A stretch of 64,000 nt of DNA, taken from positions 79 to 64,078 of IMG/VR virus record IMGVR_UViG_3300031857_000156; one strand, given 5' to 3'. Below are positions 22,721-32,541 of this stretch, piece by piece (position 1 is the first letter of the stretch; every line of letters starts with the position of its first letter). The notes under the pieces were generated by a model that had not been told where the DNA came from, did not search any database, and saw only the letters and a list, made by a program, of their open reading frames with translations. The translations under genes were made by a program, and so were the position numbers. Origin of the DNA: a virus. Lineage: Duplodnaviria > Caudoviricetes.

Positions 22721-22785
22721 CTTAGAGGATGCCCCAAGCCGTCTCTAAGTCGTCAGCTGGGAAGTAACAGCTGTCTGAATGGGGC
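22721..22785 (-). ncRNA. Candidate pseudoknotted 5'-UTR RNA
   Basis: Stem GCCCCA/TGGGGC, hairpin CAGCTG/CAGCTG and crossing stem CTTAGAG/CTCTAAG ending next to the RBS. Confidence 0.5.
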
Positions 22786-22803
22786 GATGATCTTCCTATT
22801 ACC

Positions 22804-22834
22804 ACTTATGCAAAAAAGGGCCTAAATAGGCCCT
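22804..22834 (-). promoter_or_regulatory. Bipartite phage promoter AGGGC-N18-GCATAAGT
   Basis: Exact 18-nt spacing, shared with four other copies. Confidence 0.75.
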
Positions 22835-22839
22835 AATGC

Positions 22840-22868
22840 AAAAAGGCCGGTCTTTCAACCGGCCTTTT
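22840..22868. terminator. Intrinsic terminator after the major capsid gene
   Basis: AAAAAGGCCGGT-loop-ACCGGCCTTTTT, T-tracts on both strands. Confidence 0.85.
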
Positions 22869-22891
22869 TGGTACTACACTTTTAACACCTT

Positions 22892-23809
22892 TTAGACACC
22901 GGCGGTGCCGAAGATGTTCCTTGCGTCATGCCAACCAGTAGCATAGCGCTCAGTTGCCTTGTAGCGCATGCTATCAGTTTCAAAGTCCCCCTCCATAGAT
23001 TTCTCAAGAGGACGACGCATGACCAGCATCAGACCGTTCTCTGCGTCGGTCTGGATCCACCAAGCTTTCGTGGAGCTCAGACGGGTCACAACGTGTGCGC
23101 CCTTCGGAAGCATACCAGTCGACTTGATCGGGTTCAGATCGTTGTCAGCAGTGCCGGAACGAAGAACAGACTTCAGAATAACTTCAGCCTGGAACTCAAG
23201 TGCCGGGGGAACGATAAGCTGCTCTGCCTTCAGACGGATACGCTTACCATTGTTGTCAATGGCTCCGCGAATCTGAATGAGCATCTGCTCAACAGAAGTC
23301 TGCGACAGGTTAGCTGCAGTGGCCAGTGTGTTGCTGTAGGTCAGACCGTTAGCAACGGGGTGATTAGCGTTCACCAGAGTGACGCCATCGCCGCCGACAT
23401 AGCCTGCGGTGAACGCGAAGTTCAGCAGGTTAGCACACAGGGTTTCCTTGGTTTCAATCATGGATTGAGCAAGGTGTTTGGCAAAAGTGCTGCCGATACG
23501 GATATGATCGCCGTCTTCCATCAGCACTTTGGTCAGGGCATAAGCCAGGCCATAGATTTGATAGATGAAGCGGGTGATATACAGCGTACCGCCTTGATCG
23601 TACGAAACCGGGGTTCCGTCGGGCATTGCGGGAGCTGCATTCATACCGAACAGCATTACTTCTTCGTGATAGTTGCGCGGAATGCCTTGGATTTGCTCAA
23701 CAAACCCTTTCCACTCGTCATCACGTTGTTCGTAAACACCATCAAAGACTTCGTTGATAATCGGCTCGACTACCGCACGAAAGTCTGTACTACGCATTGG
23801 GGCTGCCAT
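22892..23809 (-). CDS. Major capsid protein
   Basis: 305 aa; LIVPPAL and DFETDSMRYKATERYATGWHDAR motifs; follows the scaffold genes and precedes a strong terminator. Confidence 0.9.
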   Translation of the reverse strand: MAAPMRSTDFRAVVEPIINEVFDGVYEQRDDEWKGFVEQIQGIPRNYHEEVMLFGMNAAPAMPDGTPVSYDQGGTLYITRFIYQIYGLAYALTKVLMEDGDHIRIGSTFAKHLAQSMIETKETLCANLLNFAFTAGYVGGDGVTLVNANHPVANGLTYSNTLATAANLSQTSVEQMLIQIRGAIDNNGKRIRLKAEQLIVPPALEFQAEVILKSVLRSGTADNDLNPIKSTGMLPKGAHVVTRLSSTKAWWIQTDAENGLMLVMRRPLEKSMEGDFETDSMRYKATERYATGWHDARNIFGTAGV

Positions 23810-23833
23810 TTGCTAGTTTCCTTTCGTTGTTAA

Positions 23834-24502
23834 TTAAGCCTGTGAAGCCTTGGGGGCCACAAACGAGTTATTTGCAATCTTGACTTGCACGATTGTGTAG
23901 GTGTCACCCCACTGGTTTGTTTCACCAGGGGGATAAGCAACTTCACGACCAAGACCGACAACGCGGACTTGACCTTGCGAGCCAGAAGCAACCGGGGTTG
24001 CTGCCAGAGCCGTAGTCGAGAATCCAGCTCCACCATTTCCAATAGACGTGCCGCTTGCGGTTGTGTAACCGGCGGTTGCGCTAAAGTTGTACTGGCGGCC
24101 CAGATAGGCAGTAGTGGCCGAGCCCTCAACTTGAGCCTCGTACACAACTTCCGGATCGGTCCATACCCAGAAAATGATGTCGGTGGAAGCATCTAGCGTG
24201 GCTTTAGAAGCAAACTTAGCCACAGAGCGACGGCCCTGCGAATCAGTAAACTCTACGCCATCAAAGACGCCGAAGACTGGCGACGTGGCTGCTGCCGCAG
24301 CAGCAATCGTCAATTGGCCAGAAGCATTGAGACCTACAGGCTGATACTGATAAAAAGCAGTTGATACACTCAGCGAGTACGGTGCCGTATAAGTACCACT
24401 TCCGGGGCTGAAGGTGTTCGTGCCAACGAAGGCAGTCGCACGGTCCAGGCCACTGGGGTGGTAAATGGGCTTCAGACCAAAGGGTTTAAATGTTGTTGCC
24501 AT
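23834..24502 (-). CDS. Capsid-associated (cement/decoration) protein
   Basis: PFGLKP and VFGVFDGVEFTD motifs, directly upstream of the major capsid gene. Confidence 0.65.
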   Translation of the reverse strand: MATTFKPFGLKPIYHPSGLDRATAFVGTNTFSPGSGTYTAPYSLSVSTAFYQYQPVGLNASGQLTIAAAAAATSPVFGVFDGVEFTDSQGRRSVAKFASKATLDASTDIIFWVWTDPEVVYEAQVEGSATTAYLGRQYNFSATAGYTTASGTSIGNGGAGFSTTALAATPVASGSQGQVRVVGLGREVAYPPGETNQWGDTYTIVQVKIANNSFVAPKASQA

Positions 24503-24530
24503 TTATTTATCCTTTGTTTGTTGAAGAATG

Positions 24531-25082
24531 TTATTCAAAGCGAACGTTAGCATTCGCCCTTGCGATCTCTTTCTCCATTTCCAAAATTCCGCCTTCAAGA
24601 ATTGATCGCCCGCCTTTTCCTTCTTGCGAAGCGCTCCGAACTTGCGCAGTAATATTTTTCTGGTGTTCGAGCGGATCTTCCAGGTGCAGCATGCGCATCA
24701 CTTCTTGATAGATCTCTTCTGGTAATTTGAAAAGGACCATCTCGTTACAACTAACACAGCCTTCAAACTTGCCTGAACTCATCTTGCCTAGCGATTCAAA
24801 GCCCTTGCCTAACTCGGCGGCTTTCACTGGCTCATAGCCTAAAGCTAAACGTTTGTCGATACTGTCGTACTGGTTAGTAGTGCTCAACCAGCACAAATGA
24901 AACCCAGGAATTACATCCTTAGGTATTGTTGGCAGTGCGCTATTCTGCCACTTATCACGAAACGCTTCTAGGCGTTCCCTGCGCTTGACATCTTCTTCGT
25001 TCGCAGTGTTGCGAGTCTTAACCTCATTGACGCGCTCTTCTAGGCGGTCATCTAAGTCACGTTTAATTCTTGCGTTTGCCAT
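24531..25082 (-). CDS. Head morphogenesis protein
   Basis: 183 aa ORF between the scaffold and capsid genes. Confidence 0.6.
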   Translation of the reverse strand: MANARIKRDLDDRLEERVNEVKTRNTANEEDVKRRERLEAFRDKWQNSALPTIPKDVIPGFHLCWLSTTNQYDSIDKRLALGYEPVKAAELGKGFESLGKMSSGKFEGCVSCNEMVLFKLPEEIYQEVMRMLHLEDPLEHQKNITAQVRSASQEGKGGRSILEGGILEMEKEIARANANVRFE

Positions 25083-25084
25083 AA

Positions 25085-26080
25085 TTATCCTCGATTCTGT
25101 CTATCGTACGCGGCGTAAGCCTTAATCATCGCGTTGCGCTTGTTTTGGTCATCCCATGCGCCCGCGTCCTTAATTGCTTGGACACGCTCACGACTTAGCG
25201 TGATTGTGCTGGCGGACTTGGCTGACGGATTGGCTGTTCGACTTGATGCCGTTGGGCTAACCCGTTTAGCGCTTGTCCCCGTCCTTGCTGCGTACCTATG
25301 AGGCAAACGTACAGCCAATCGATTATCCAGTTCGTCCCAATATTCCGGATCCGCTGGGTCCCATCCATCAGCTGCTAAATCTTGGTCGATCACTTTGGCG
25401 ATGCGGCTGTCTGTGTCACGCGCCTGGGGGTCGTACCATTTATTCTTTTGCAACCAACCGGTTGCCAGCTCCTGTACCTCTGATCCCCTTGGAGTTGGCA
25501 CGTTTTGAGCCGGCTGTTTAACCTGCTCCAGTTGTTGCTTTTTATAGGCCTGCATATTGACAAGCCTATTTTTTGCTTCTTGCAACTGCTCCAGATATTC
25601 AACCTGTGCTGCTGCGTCGTTACTCTGTGCTGCCTGTAGCAGCTTCATCTTGGCGTATTCGACCCGAGTTGCCTCGTCCTCGATTGCCTTGTCTACTTGA
25701 GCAAATTGGTAAGATACTGCGGTGTTTTCTACCGCAGCAAGGCGTCTAGCAAGCTCCTCATTTTTACGCTCAAGCGCGCTGATTTTGTGCTTCGCCGACG
25801 CTTCTCTTTGTTTAGCGAGCTCTTTTTTAAGCCTACGCTCTTCCCGACGAGCCTCGCGAATTCTTTGTCGATCTTCGTCGGTCTCTTCATCGTCGTCAGA
25901 TCCGCTCTGAACATCCCCGGACTCTTCCAAATCAGCGTCGTCAGAGGCTTCAGCATCGTCTTCGGTCTCCTTCGCATCAACTTTCTTGTCTTCATCGAAA
26001 GGATCCTCTTCCATCTCCACAGCCGCCATTACTCGACCGTCTTCCAGTTCTTTGACTGGGATATTCTTTTCTTCTGCCAT
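25085..26080 (-). CDS. Putative scaffolding protein
   Basis: Acidic N-terminus, long coiled coil, synteny. Confidence 0.7.
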   Translation of the reverse strand: MAEEKNIPVKELEDGRVMAAVEMEEDPFDEDKKVDAKETEDDAEASDDADLEESGDVQSGSDDDEETDEDRQRIREARREERRLKKELAKQREASAKHKISALERKNEELARRLAAVENTAVSYQFAQVDKAIEDEATRVEYAKMKLLQAAQSNDAAAQVEYLEQLQEAKNRLVNMQAYKKQQLEQVKQPAQNVPTPRGSEVQELATGWLQKNKWYDPQARDTDSRIAKVIDQDLAADGWDPADPEYWDELDNRLAVRLPHRYAARTGTSAKRVSPTASSRTANPSAKSASTITLSRERVQAIKDAGAWDDQNKRNAMIKAYAAYDRQNRG

Positions 26081-26098
26081 ATCTCACCTTATACAAAG

Positions 26099-26539
26099 TT
26101 AATCTACAAAGGCTTTCATGCGCTGGGCATGCTCAAAGCTGCGAATCCGGCTGATTACTTCGCGCGCCTGGATGGTAATAAACACTACCGGAGCGCCCTC
26201 ATCTTCTGGATTCACAACAAACCGGTCGCCGCCATACTTGATGGTTCTTACCAGGTCGCCTACCTTGCACCACGGGCCCTCGGGCCAGGGTTCCAACGTA
26301 TCAGGGCTTTTATATGCCAGGGGACCAATCTGTTTGACTTTGGCAACCGTCTCGTTAAAGCGCAACGTTGCTCTGGTCTCGTCTACAAGAATGATCCCGC
26401 CTTTGCTTGCGGTTTTTTCCCGGCGTAGCTGCACAAGCACGCGGTCGCCGGCTACATCAATCCCAGGGTCTATCTCCGGGAAACACTCGAGCTCGGTTCG
26501 CAAGTCCGGCTCATCTTTTTGCACCAAATCAAATGCCAT
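26099..26539 (-). CDS. groES: Co-chaperonin GroES-like protein
   Basis: GDRVLVQ...TASKGGIIL...KVGDLV...KYGG Cpn10 motifs. Confidence 0.85.
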   Translation of the reverse strand: MAFDLVQKDEPDLRTELECFPEIDPGIDVAGDRVLVQLRREKTASKGGIILVDETRATLRFNETVAKVKQIGPLAYKSPDTLEPWPEGPWCKVGDLVRTIKYGGDRFVVNPEDEGAPVVFITIQAREVISRIRSFEHAQRMKAFVD

Positions 26540-26556
26540 ACGGCAGTCCTCCTAGG

Positions 26557-26748
26557 CTATTCAGCCTCGTCGTTCTCGGTTAAAATGTCATCTATGATGA
26601 CGAGGGCTTTGGTTAAACCCTCTGCTTGACCCACAAGCCTTTGATACTGGTCAAAGCTGTGGATATTCGCTCCAGACGCGATACCCGCGTCCAAAATAAT
26701 TTTTTGTTCTTTGACTCGGCGAATTATCTCGCCGACAATATCTCGCAT
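26557..26748 (-). CDS. Small protein upstream of GroES
   Basis: 63 aa, FDQYQRLVGQAEGL motif. Confidence 0.7.
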   Translation of the reverse strand: MRDIVGEIIRRVKEQKIILDAGIASGANIHSFDQYQRLVGQAEGLTKALVIIDDILTENDEAE

Positions 26749-26754
26749 AAAACA

Positions 26755-26785
26755 ACCTATGCAAGACTTTTTTAATTTACGCCCT
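26755..26785 (-). promoter_or_regulatory. Bipartite phage promoter AGGGC-N18-GCATAGGT
   Basis: Exact spacing; lies only a few nt upstream of the ATG at 26748. Confidence 0.7.
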
Positions 26786-26802
26786 AGACCTTAAAAATTA
26801 CT

Positions 26803-27024
26803 TTAATACTTCGGTCCAAACTGATCGCGGACGTTGCTGTACGGGCCAACCTTGCCGGCGTTTTTCATTTTGGCCTGGGCTGCGCCGCGCTTCCAGTTAT
26901 TGTCCCGGTGCGAGCCTGATGCGCCCGGATCGATGTCCGTTGCGCCGTTGCCGCCGCCATATCCGGGTTTGCCAGTCTCCTGATATGTCTGGCGGAAACC
27001 TTTGAGTTGCTGATCTGATGCCAT
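26803..27024 (-). CDS. Hypothetical protein
   Basis: 73 aa, coupled to the portal stop codon. Confidence 0.6.
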   Translation of the reverse strand: MASDQQLKGFRQTYQETGKPGYGGGNGATDIDPGASGSHRDNNWKRGAAQAKMKNAGKVGPYSNVRDQFGPKY

Positions 27025-29771
27025 TAAACTACTCCTTGTGGTGGTTGTTGTGCTTCTATTTGTTGTTGAACTGCCTGCGCCTGCTGACGAAAGGCCTCTT
27101 GCTCTACCGCGATACCATGCTTGCGGATGTCTGCATCGGCCGTGTTAATTGCGTCAATTGCCGACATGATTTGCTCATTCTCAAGCTGCCGCTGCATGCC
27201 GTCTAGCTGAGCGCCTGTCTGCATGGCCGCGATGCGCTCGCGCGATGCGTTGTTGATGTTAGCCGTGGCAATGTTGGTTGCGTTTTTCTGGCTATCAATT
27301 TGACTCTGGGTCTGGTATTTAGCCATGAGCTCTGTGACCCTCTGCTGCAGCTCGGCAACCTTGATTTCGTAGTCTTGCTTTTGCTGAGCCGCCTGCTGTT
27401 GCATCTTAATCATTGCTTCTTGTGCTTTGCGCTCAGTTTCTGCCATCTGCGTTTTCATCAGCACGTTTGCCGTTGGATCCATCGCCGCGGCCTGCTCCAT
27501 AGCAGCCTGCTTAGCCTGCTGTACCTTCTGCACCAGACCCATAATCGCAGGCTGCGCGCCCTGGAAAGTTGCCTCGGCGTCCTGACTTACCATTTCAGCT
27601 GCCAGAGCCAGTGCCTGCTGATCTTCTAACGTCAGCGGTTTTTCTTCGTGCAGACGGAGCGTGTCCTGTCCGCCGGCTGCCTCGGCCACGTATGCGCGCA
27701 TCGACTGCAGATAGTGCAGTGTCAGGTGCTGCTTGATGTGCTCCAAAGCGATAGGCGCAAATTGCGGCCCGATAAGGGGGCTGCCACCATAATTGGGGTC
27801 CTGAGCATACGCCAAGTGAACCTTGATGTGCGCTAAATGATCCTGATCCGGGTAGGCTGCCGCGGGGCGGCCCATGGACATTGCAACGTTCTCCAGGGCC
27901 GGGTTGGCCTCTTTTATTCCATCTGGATCGGGCAATATCTCGCTAATCGCAGGCACTTTTAGCTGCTTCAGAACGCGCCGGTGGGCAGCGCGAAGATCGT
28001 ACAATTGCGGCGCAGAATTAGCTATTTGCAAAATAGCTTGCGCCTGCGCCAGACGCTGTGTCTCTGAGAATATGTTTGGATCCGACACCGGACGGATGTC
28101 GTTATTTGACGCAAAGTCACGCACTTCAATTTCGGTGCCCGATTGGTTGTCCATCTCCTCCAAATACCAATGATTGATACGAGAAAGGATCTTGAACGAC
28201 TTAGCTTGCGAGCGGTGCAGCCGGGCATGGATGCTTGAGAACACCTTTGCACCTTGCTCAATCAGTGCTTGGGTGGTGCCCACTGGCGTGTTAGCGTTTG
28301 CGTCGCCAATCTTTTCCTCGGCGGTCGTCACCACGCCTTTTGCAGCAGTTGTTAACCATCCAAGGAGGTTGTATAAAACACTCGAGGGTTGGTTAAACGG
28401 CAACGGCATAGCCAACTTGCGGACATCGTCCACACCAGGGGCACCTTCGATCTCTAGAACCTGCGTCGGTTCAATCCGGTCACTTTGGCCAGAGATGCGT
28501 CCACCTTTAAGCTTAAGCATCGTCTGACTGTTGTTAATGTGTGCAGAATCCAACAGAGCGCGAAGAGCGCCAGTAAGGGCGGCAGACAGACCACCAATAA
28601 GATGAGGAAGCCCAATGGCGTACGCACCACGCCACGGGATAAACTTAAACTCAACGATCCAATCGAGCTTTGTAAGTTTTTCATCGCCGGATTCCCAGTT
28701 ACGATAAAGCGACAGCACCTTGTTGCTGCTGTCATCAATGGTCAGAATGTAAGGAGCGCGGCGGCCTTCTGTTTCAGGATCGTCTTCTAAGCGCAAAAAG
28801 CAAGTGATCTCATAAACACGACGGACGTTGTCGATGTTTTTCTGCGGGATTGACCGGCCTTCAATTTTGTTGTTTGCCATGGTTGAGCGCGTTTGTTCAT
28901 CTTGCTCAATACCAGCGGGCGGAATGCTGTCAATGTCACGATAAAGACCCTGATCCGTGCGCTGACGAAACACGTCTTCTGTGATGTCTTGTTGCTCAGT
29001 TACTCGAGGCGAGGTGTAAAAGTTTGTTGTTGAGTAAGGCAGGAAGATGTTGTCAATCGGAATCCACTCGCAAGTGGGCCGAAGCTGTTCATTATCCCAA
29101 CGCCATTTAAAGTACTGCGAGCCGCCAAGTGGAAGCTGCGTAAGGATCTGCTCCATCTCATCACGGTACTCCTCAACCTGCTCTGTAAGCTGCCAGTTAA
29201 GAAACTGTGATTTGCGCTCAGCAACATCTACACGCTTGCGGTCTGCCTCGCCTTTTATTTCCGACTTAACAATCCCTTCAGGCGGGAGTAGCTCTCTTGC
29301 GCTAGACGCCGCAAAGTCGACACAAGCTTCCGCCATAACTGGATGCACAACTTTGGAAGCTCCGTCAAACGTTGCGCCACCAGGCGCGTCTTTGCCAAGT
29401 CCTGTCCTTCGTAGTCCTTCTTCATACTGTTTGTCCCTTTCTTTGCGTGCTTCGCGATCAACAGTGATGTACTCTTGATATTCGTTAGCAAGCGCTTCTA
29501 AGACGCCCTGATCCATCGTTTCAGCCAAGTTTGCATAAAACTCTGGATTTTCGTTGGGGCCTTCTTTTGGTGTGTAATTAATGACCACCGAGCCATCATC
29601 AAGCTCAATGACCTCTTCATCGCTTTCGCCCGGGTCCAAGCCAAGAACTTCTTCAATGTTTTCTATCTCTTGCTCTTGCATCAAAGACTCTTGAAAGTCT
29701 TCGTCTTTTTGCAAGTCAAGAGAAGTTAACGAGGCTCCTTGCTGTATCGGCATTTGGGGCAGTTGCGGCAT
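27024..29771 (-). CDS. Portal protein
   Basis: 915 aa downstream of terL, with a Q/A-rich C-terminal helical barrel as in P22-like portals. Confidence 0.88.
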   Translation of the reverse strand: MPQLPQMPIQQGASLTSLDLQKDEDFQESLMQEQEIENIEEVLGLDPGESDEEVIELDDGSVVINYTPKEGPNENPEFYANLAETMDQGVLEALANEYQEYITVDREARKERDKQYEEGLRRTGLGKDAPGGATFDGASKVVHPVMAEACVDFAASSARELLPPEGIVKSEIKGEADRKRVDVAERKSQFLNWQLTEQVEEYRDEMEQILTQLPLGGSQYFKWRWDNEQLRPTCEWIPIDNIFLPYSTTNFYTSPRVTEQQDITEDVFRQRTDQGLYRDIDSIPPAGIEQDEQTRSTMANNKIEGRSIPQKNIDNVRRVYEITCFLRLEDDPETEGRRAPYILTIDDSSNKVLSLYRNWESGDEKLTKLDWIVEFKFIPWRGAYAIGLPHLIGGLSAALTGALRALLDSAHINNSQTMLKLKGGRISGQSDRIEPTQVLEIEGAPGVDDVRKLAMPLPFNQPSSVLYNLLGWLTTAAKGVVTTAEEKIGDANANTPVGTTQALIEQGAKVFSSIHARLHRSQAKSFKILSRINHWYLEEMDNQSGTEIEVRDFASNNDIRPVSDPNIFSETQRLAQAQAILQIANSAPQLYDLRAAHRRVLKQLKVPAISEILPDPDGIKEANPALENVAMSMGRPAAAYPDQDHLAHIKVHLAYAQDPNYGGSPLIGPQFAPIALEHIKQHLTLHYLQSMRAYVAEAAGGQDTLRLHEEKPLTLEDQQALALAAEMVSQDAEATFQGAQPAIMGLVQKVQQAKQAAMEQAAAMDPTANVLMKTQMAETERKAQEAMIKMQQQAAQQKQDYEIKVAELQQRVTELMAKYQTQSQIDSQKNATNIATANINNASRERIAAMQTGAQLDGMQRQLENEQIMSAIDAINTADADIRKHGIAVEQEAFRQQAQAVQQQIEAQQPPQGVV

Positions 29772-31051
29772 TATTTATAATCTTCCATTACGGATCTGTA
29801 ACCGCCAGATCCAATTGCTGAGGGAGCGGCAGCTAAACCCAAGCCGCCCGCTGCTTGCCGGCCCTTAGATGCTTGGCCGGCAGCACGAGCCATCCGACCA
29901 TACGGCAAAGCAAAAAGATAATTAAAAGGGTCACCTATCAAACTTGCTACGTTAACACCGGTTTGATAGCCACCTCTTTGTGTGTCAAGCTGCGGTATAA
30001 ATCGTCCTTGTGGCGCAGACATATACGTTTCTTCTGACTGCTTAGGCGTATACATGCCGGCCATCTCGCCAAGGTCCATGTAACCCTTAGCTGTTTGCAT
30101 AGGCGCATCACGCATGCCGGACATAAAATCTTTTGCTGCTTGTAGTGTCTGCTGGTACCCGCGCATCTTTTTGGGCGCACGGTTAGCCATCGCCAGCTCA
30201 GCTTCCATGTCGCGCACTGACCTGCCGTCTGCCTTCTTAGGCACTTCACCTTGCAGCAGCATCAATTCATCTTTCAAATACTGCGGGTACTCTGACGGCG
30301 GGCGCTCGAGGTAACGCTCCTCGATGCCTTCCGTTCTCGCGCGCTGCTTCCAGTCTGCCATGCCGCGCGCAGTGGCTGGACGCTCGCCAACAATTGCCTG
30401 TCCCAGCTCGCCGTACTGGTGGCGCGATGGATTAAACTCCGCGATGATCATGTCAAGCTCTTCGTCTGTCGGGAAGCGCTTGTGACGAGAGAAAAAATCT
30501 TGCTTTAATTTATCAATCAGCGGCGTTTTGCCGGCCGACAATTTTGCATTCTCAATTCCCTGCGCCATGCGCGCCATGTAATCCGCGCTTGGGGTGATTG
30601 ACGCTTGACCTTCTACAGGGATTGCTTCTAAGGTGCCAGCTTCTTGCGCCCGCTCGATGTTTTGCATTACGTTTGGGTCGTTGATGTCTTGAACCTTAGG
30701 CTTTAGGTATGTGCCTTTGACCGTGCGCCCAGTCATAGCTTTTGTCAGGAAAGGATCCGGACCCGCGGGGAACATTAGGTTCGGGTCAGTGGCCAACTCG
30801 TGAAATGCGCGCGCCTCTGCCTGCGGTCCAGTACGAAGTGTAGACGATGGCCTTGACAAAGACATGACGTGCTTCTTTAGCTCTTGCACATCAGCTTCAG
30901 GAGGTGCCTTGCCATAGGCTTTTTTGTATCTGGCAATAGCCTTAGCAACCTGCTCGAGCATATCCTTGCCGACAAGCCTTCCTGCGGCCATGGACGGAAT
31001 CCCTGCCATCTCCAGCATCATCTCACGTGGTGACTTAATTGGGTTCATTAT
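29771..31051 (-). CDS. Hypothetical protein between terL and portal (possible internal virion protein)
   Basis: Long ORF with its own promoter; start probably at or near MNPIKSP (about 31048-31051). Confidence 0.65.
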   Translation of the reverse strand: MMNPIKSPREMMLEMAGIPSMAAGRLVGKDMLEQVAKAIARYKKAYGKAPPEADVQELKKHVMSLSRPSSTLRTGPQAEARAFHELATDPNLMFPAGPDPFLTKAMTGRTVKGTYLKPKVQDINDPNVMQNIERAQEAGTLEAIPVEGQASITPSADYMARMAQGIENAKLSAGKTPLIDKLKQDFFSRHKRFPTDEELDMIIAEFNPSRHQYGELGQAIVGERPATARGMADWKQRARTEGIEERYLERPPSEYPQYLKDELMLLQGEVPKKADGRSVRDMEAELAMANRAPKKMRGYQQTLQAAKDFMSGMRDAPMQTAKGYMDLGEMAGMYTPKQSEETYMSAPQGRFIPQLDTQRGGYQTGVNVASLIGDPFNYLFALPYGRMARAAGQASKGRQAAGGLGLAAAPSAIGSGGYRSVMEDYK

Positions 31052-31072
31052 TTTTGGAGTCTCCCTAGCACC

Positions 31073-31103
31073 ACTTATGCACAATAGCCGCTAGGCGCGC
31101 CCT
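31073..31103 (-). promoter_or_regulatory. Bipartite phage promoter AGGGC-N18-GCATAAGT
   Basis: Exact spacing. Confidence 0.75.
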
Positions 31104-32541
31104 ACTGGGCGTACGGGTTGTACCGCTGCTTGCTTTTGTCATCCGCGTAGTCGTAGTCGCGCACCGGCAGGGGGTCCAGCTGTATCCAGCCCGAGTCGCG
31201 CAGCACACGCAAGGCCTGGGATAAGCTGTCCACGTAGTCATCGTGCCCACCAGACTCCGGGAACGCACACACCTGGCGCAGGAAACGCTTTGCCCAGTCA
31301 GCAAACTCCCCATGCTTTTTCACATCCTCCGGCACGTAGACCTTGCCCTTCGCTATAAGCGGAGCCACGATGTTGATACGCTGCACCTTGTCCGCTCGGC
31401 CAGGGTTGTACGCCCTGACCGGCACGCCGGCACCTTGCAGCTCCTGGATTAGCGAGATACCTGCCGACTTATCCTCCATGAGGATTAGGTCTGCCTTTCT
31501 GCCTTTTGCAAAGGTGTTGTCCGCGCCGTACACGACCTCCTTAAAGTCGTTGATTACCTTCTTGCGCAGCTCGGGATATGACAGGTGCGCATCCCACGCA
31601 TCCAGAAGGATGATGCACGTCCCCTTGTCCTGGTTCTCAAACACGCCCCAAACCTCGCAAGCCGTCGGGTCGTTGTGTGTCTTCTCACTCGTTGCCGGGT
31701 CGTATGAGGCGATCACATACTCCAGTGTCGGCGTCTCCTTTTTCATCGGCCACATCTTAAACCACTTGCGCTTCACAATGCCGGCGTCTTCTGGGTTTAG
31801 GATTTCACCATAGATCTCCTGTTTACCCAGGTCAGTGCCTTCGTAGGTCTCAAGCTGCTTGAAAAACGTCGCCGATAGGTTCTGCCTGTTGTCATAAGAC
31901 GAGGCATTTACCATGTACACGTCGCCGCCGACCTTACCCTCGGCCAGATCGACAATTAACTCCTTTGGCTTGGGTGTGGTGGTTATGATCTGCTGCACCC
32001 GGGCTATGCCTTGGTGCTTTAAGCGCAGCGTAAACTGCACCTGGTCGTACGCATCGTCGATGTACTCAAACGCACAGAGCTCATCGAACCAGGCGCCATG
32101 GAACTGCTTACCTCGATACCGCTCTGGCTCGGATCCTGGTATGCCCTGGATGATAGACCCGTTGATTAACGTGATTTCAAAGAGCGACTTGTTGTAATCC
32201 TTGATCAACGAGTGCGGAATGATGTTAAGTAACCCCGAGTCGCCCTCAAAACACGTCGCCCGAATGTCGTTTGACGTCGGCGCGGTCACTAACCAGCGTG
32301 TGTCGGGGTGTTTCCACGCCCGAATCCCAATCCAATGGCTCGCGGTGTGCGTTTTACCTGATCCCCGGCCGGCAAGCATGAGGAAGGTGTCATATTCGCT
32401 GTCCTCCGGCTCTCTTTGGTGTCCAAGCGCGCTTAATTCCCATCGAACCTGCCACAAAGCCGCGTCCAGCTGCGGTTTTGGCCAGTGTTTGTTGTTTTTT
32501 GCAAAATCCGCCAGGATTTTTTCTTGTTTTTTGCTCAACAT
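31102..32541 (-). CDS. terL: Terminase large subunit
   Basis: Walker A AGRGSGKT, Walker B AWFDE, coupling motif TTTP, nuclease YDPA and HDDYVDS. Confidence 0.95.
   Translation of the reverse strand: MLSKKQEKILADFAKNNKHWPKPQLDAALWQVRWELSALGHQREPEDSEYDTFLMLAGRGSGKTHTASHWIGIRAWKHPDTRWLVTAPTSNDIRATCFEGDSGLLNIIPHSLIKDYNKSLFEITLINGSIIQGIPGSEPERYRGKQFHGAWFDELCAFEYIDDAYDQVQFTLRLKHQGIARVQQIITTTPKPKELIVDLAEGKVGGDVYMVNASSYDNRQNLSATFFKQLETYEGTDLGKQEIYGEILNPEDAGIVKRKWFKMWPMKKETPTLEYVIASYDPATSEKTHNDPTACEVWGVFENQDKGTCIILLDAWDAHLSYPELRKKVINDFKEVVYGADNTFAKGRKADLILMEDKSAGISLIQELQGAGVPVRAYNPGRADKVQRINIVAPLIAKGKVYVPEDVKKHGEFADWAKRFLRQVCAFPESGGHDDYVDSLSQALRVLRDSGWIQLDPLPVRDYDYADDKSKQRYNPYAQ

Noticed and set aside
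22928-23833. 301-aa antisense ORF over the major capsid gene
   Set aside because: Shadow ORF likely arising from codon bias of the real gene; no RBS or recognisable motifs.
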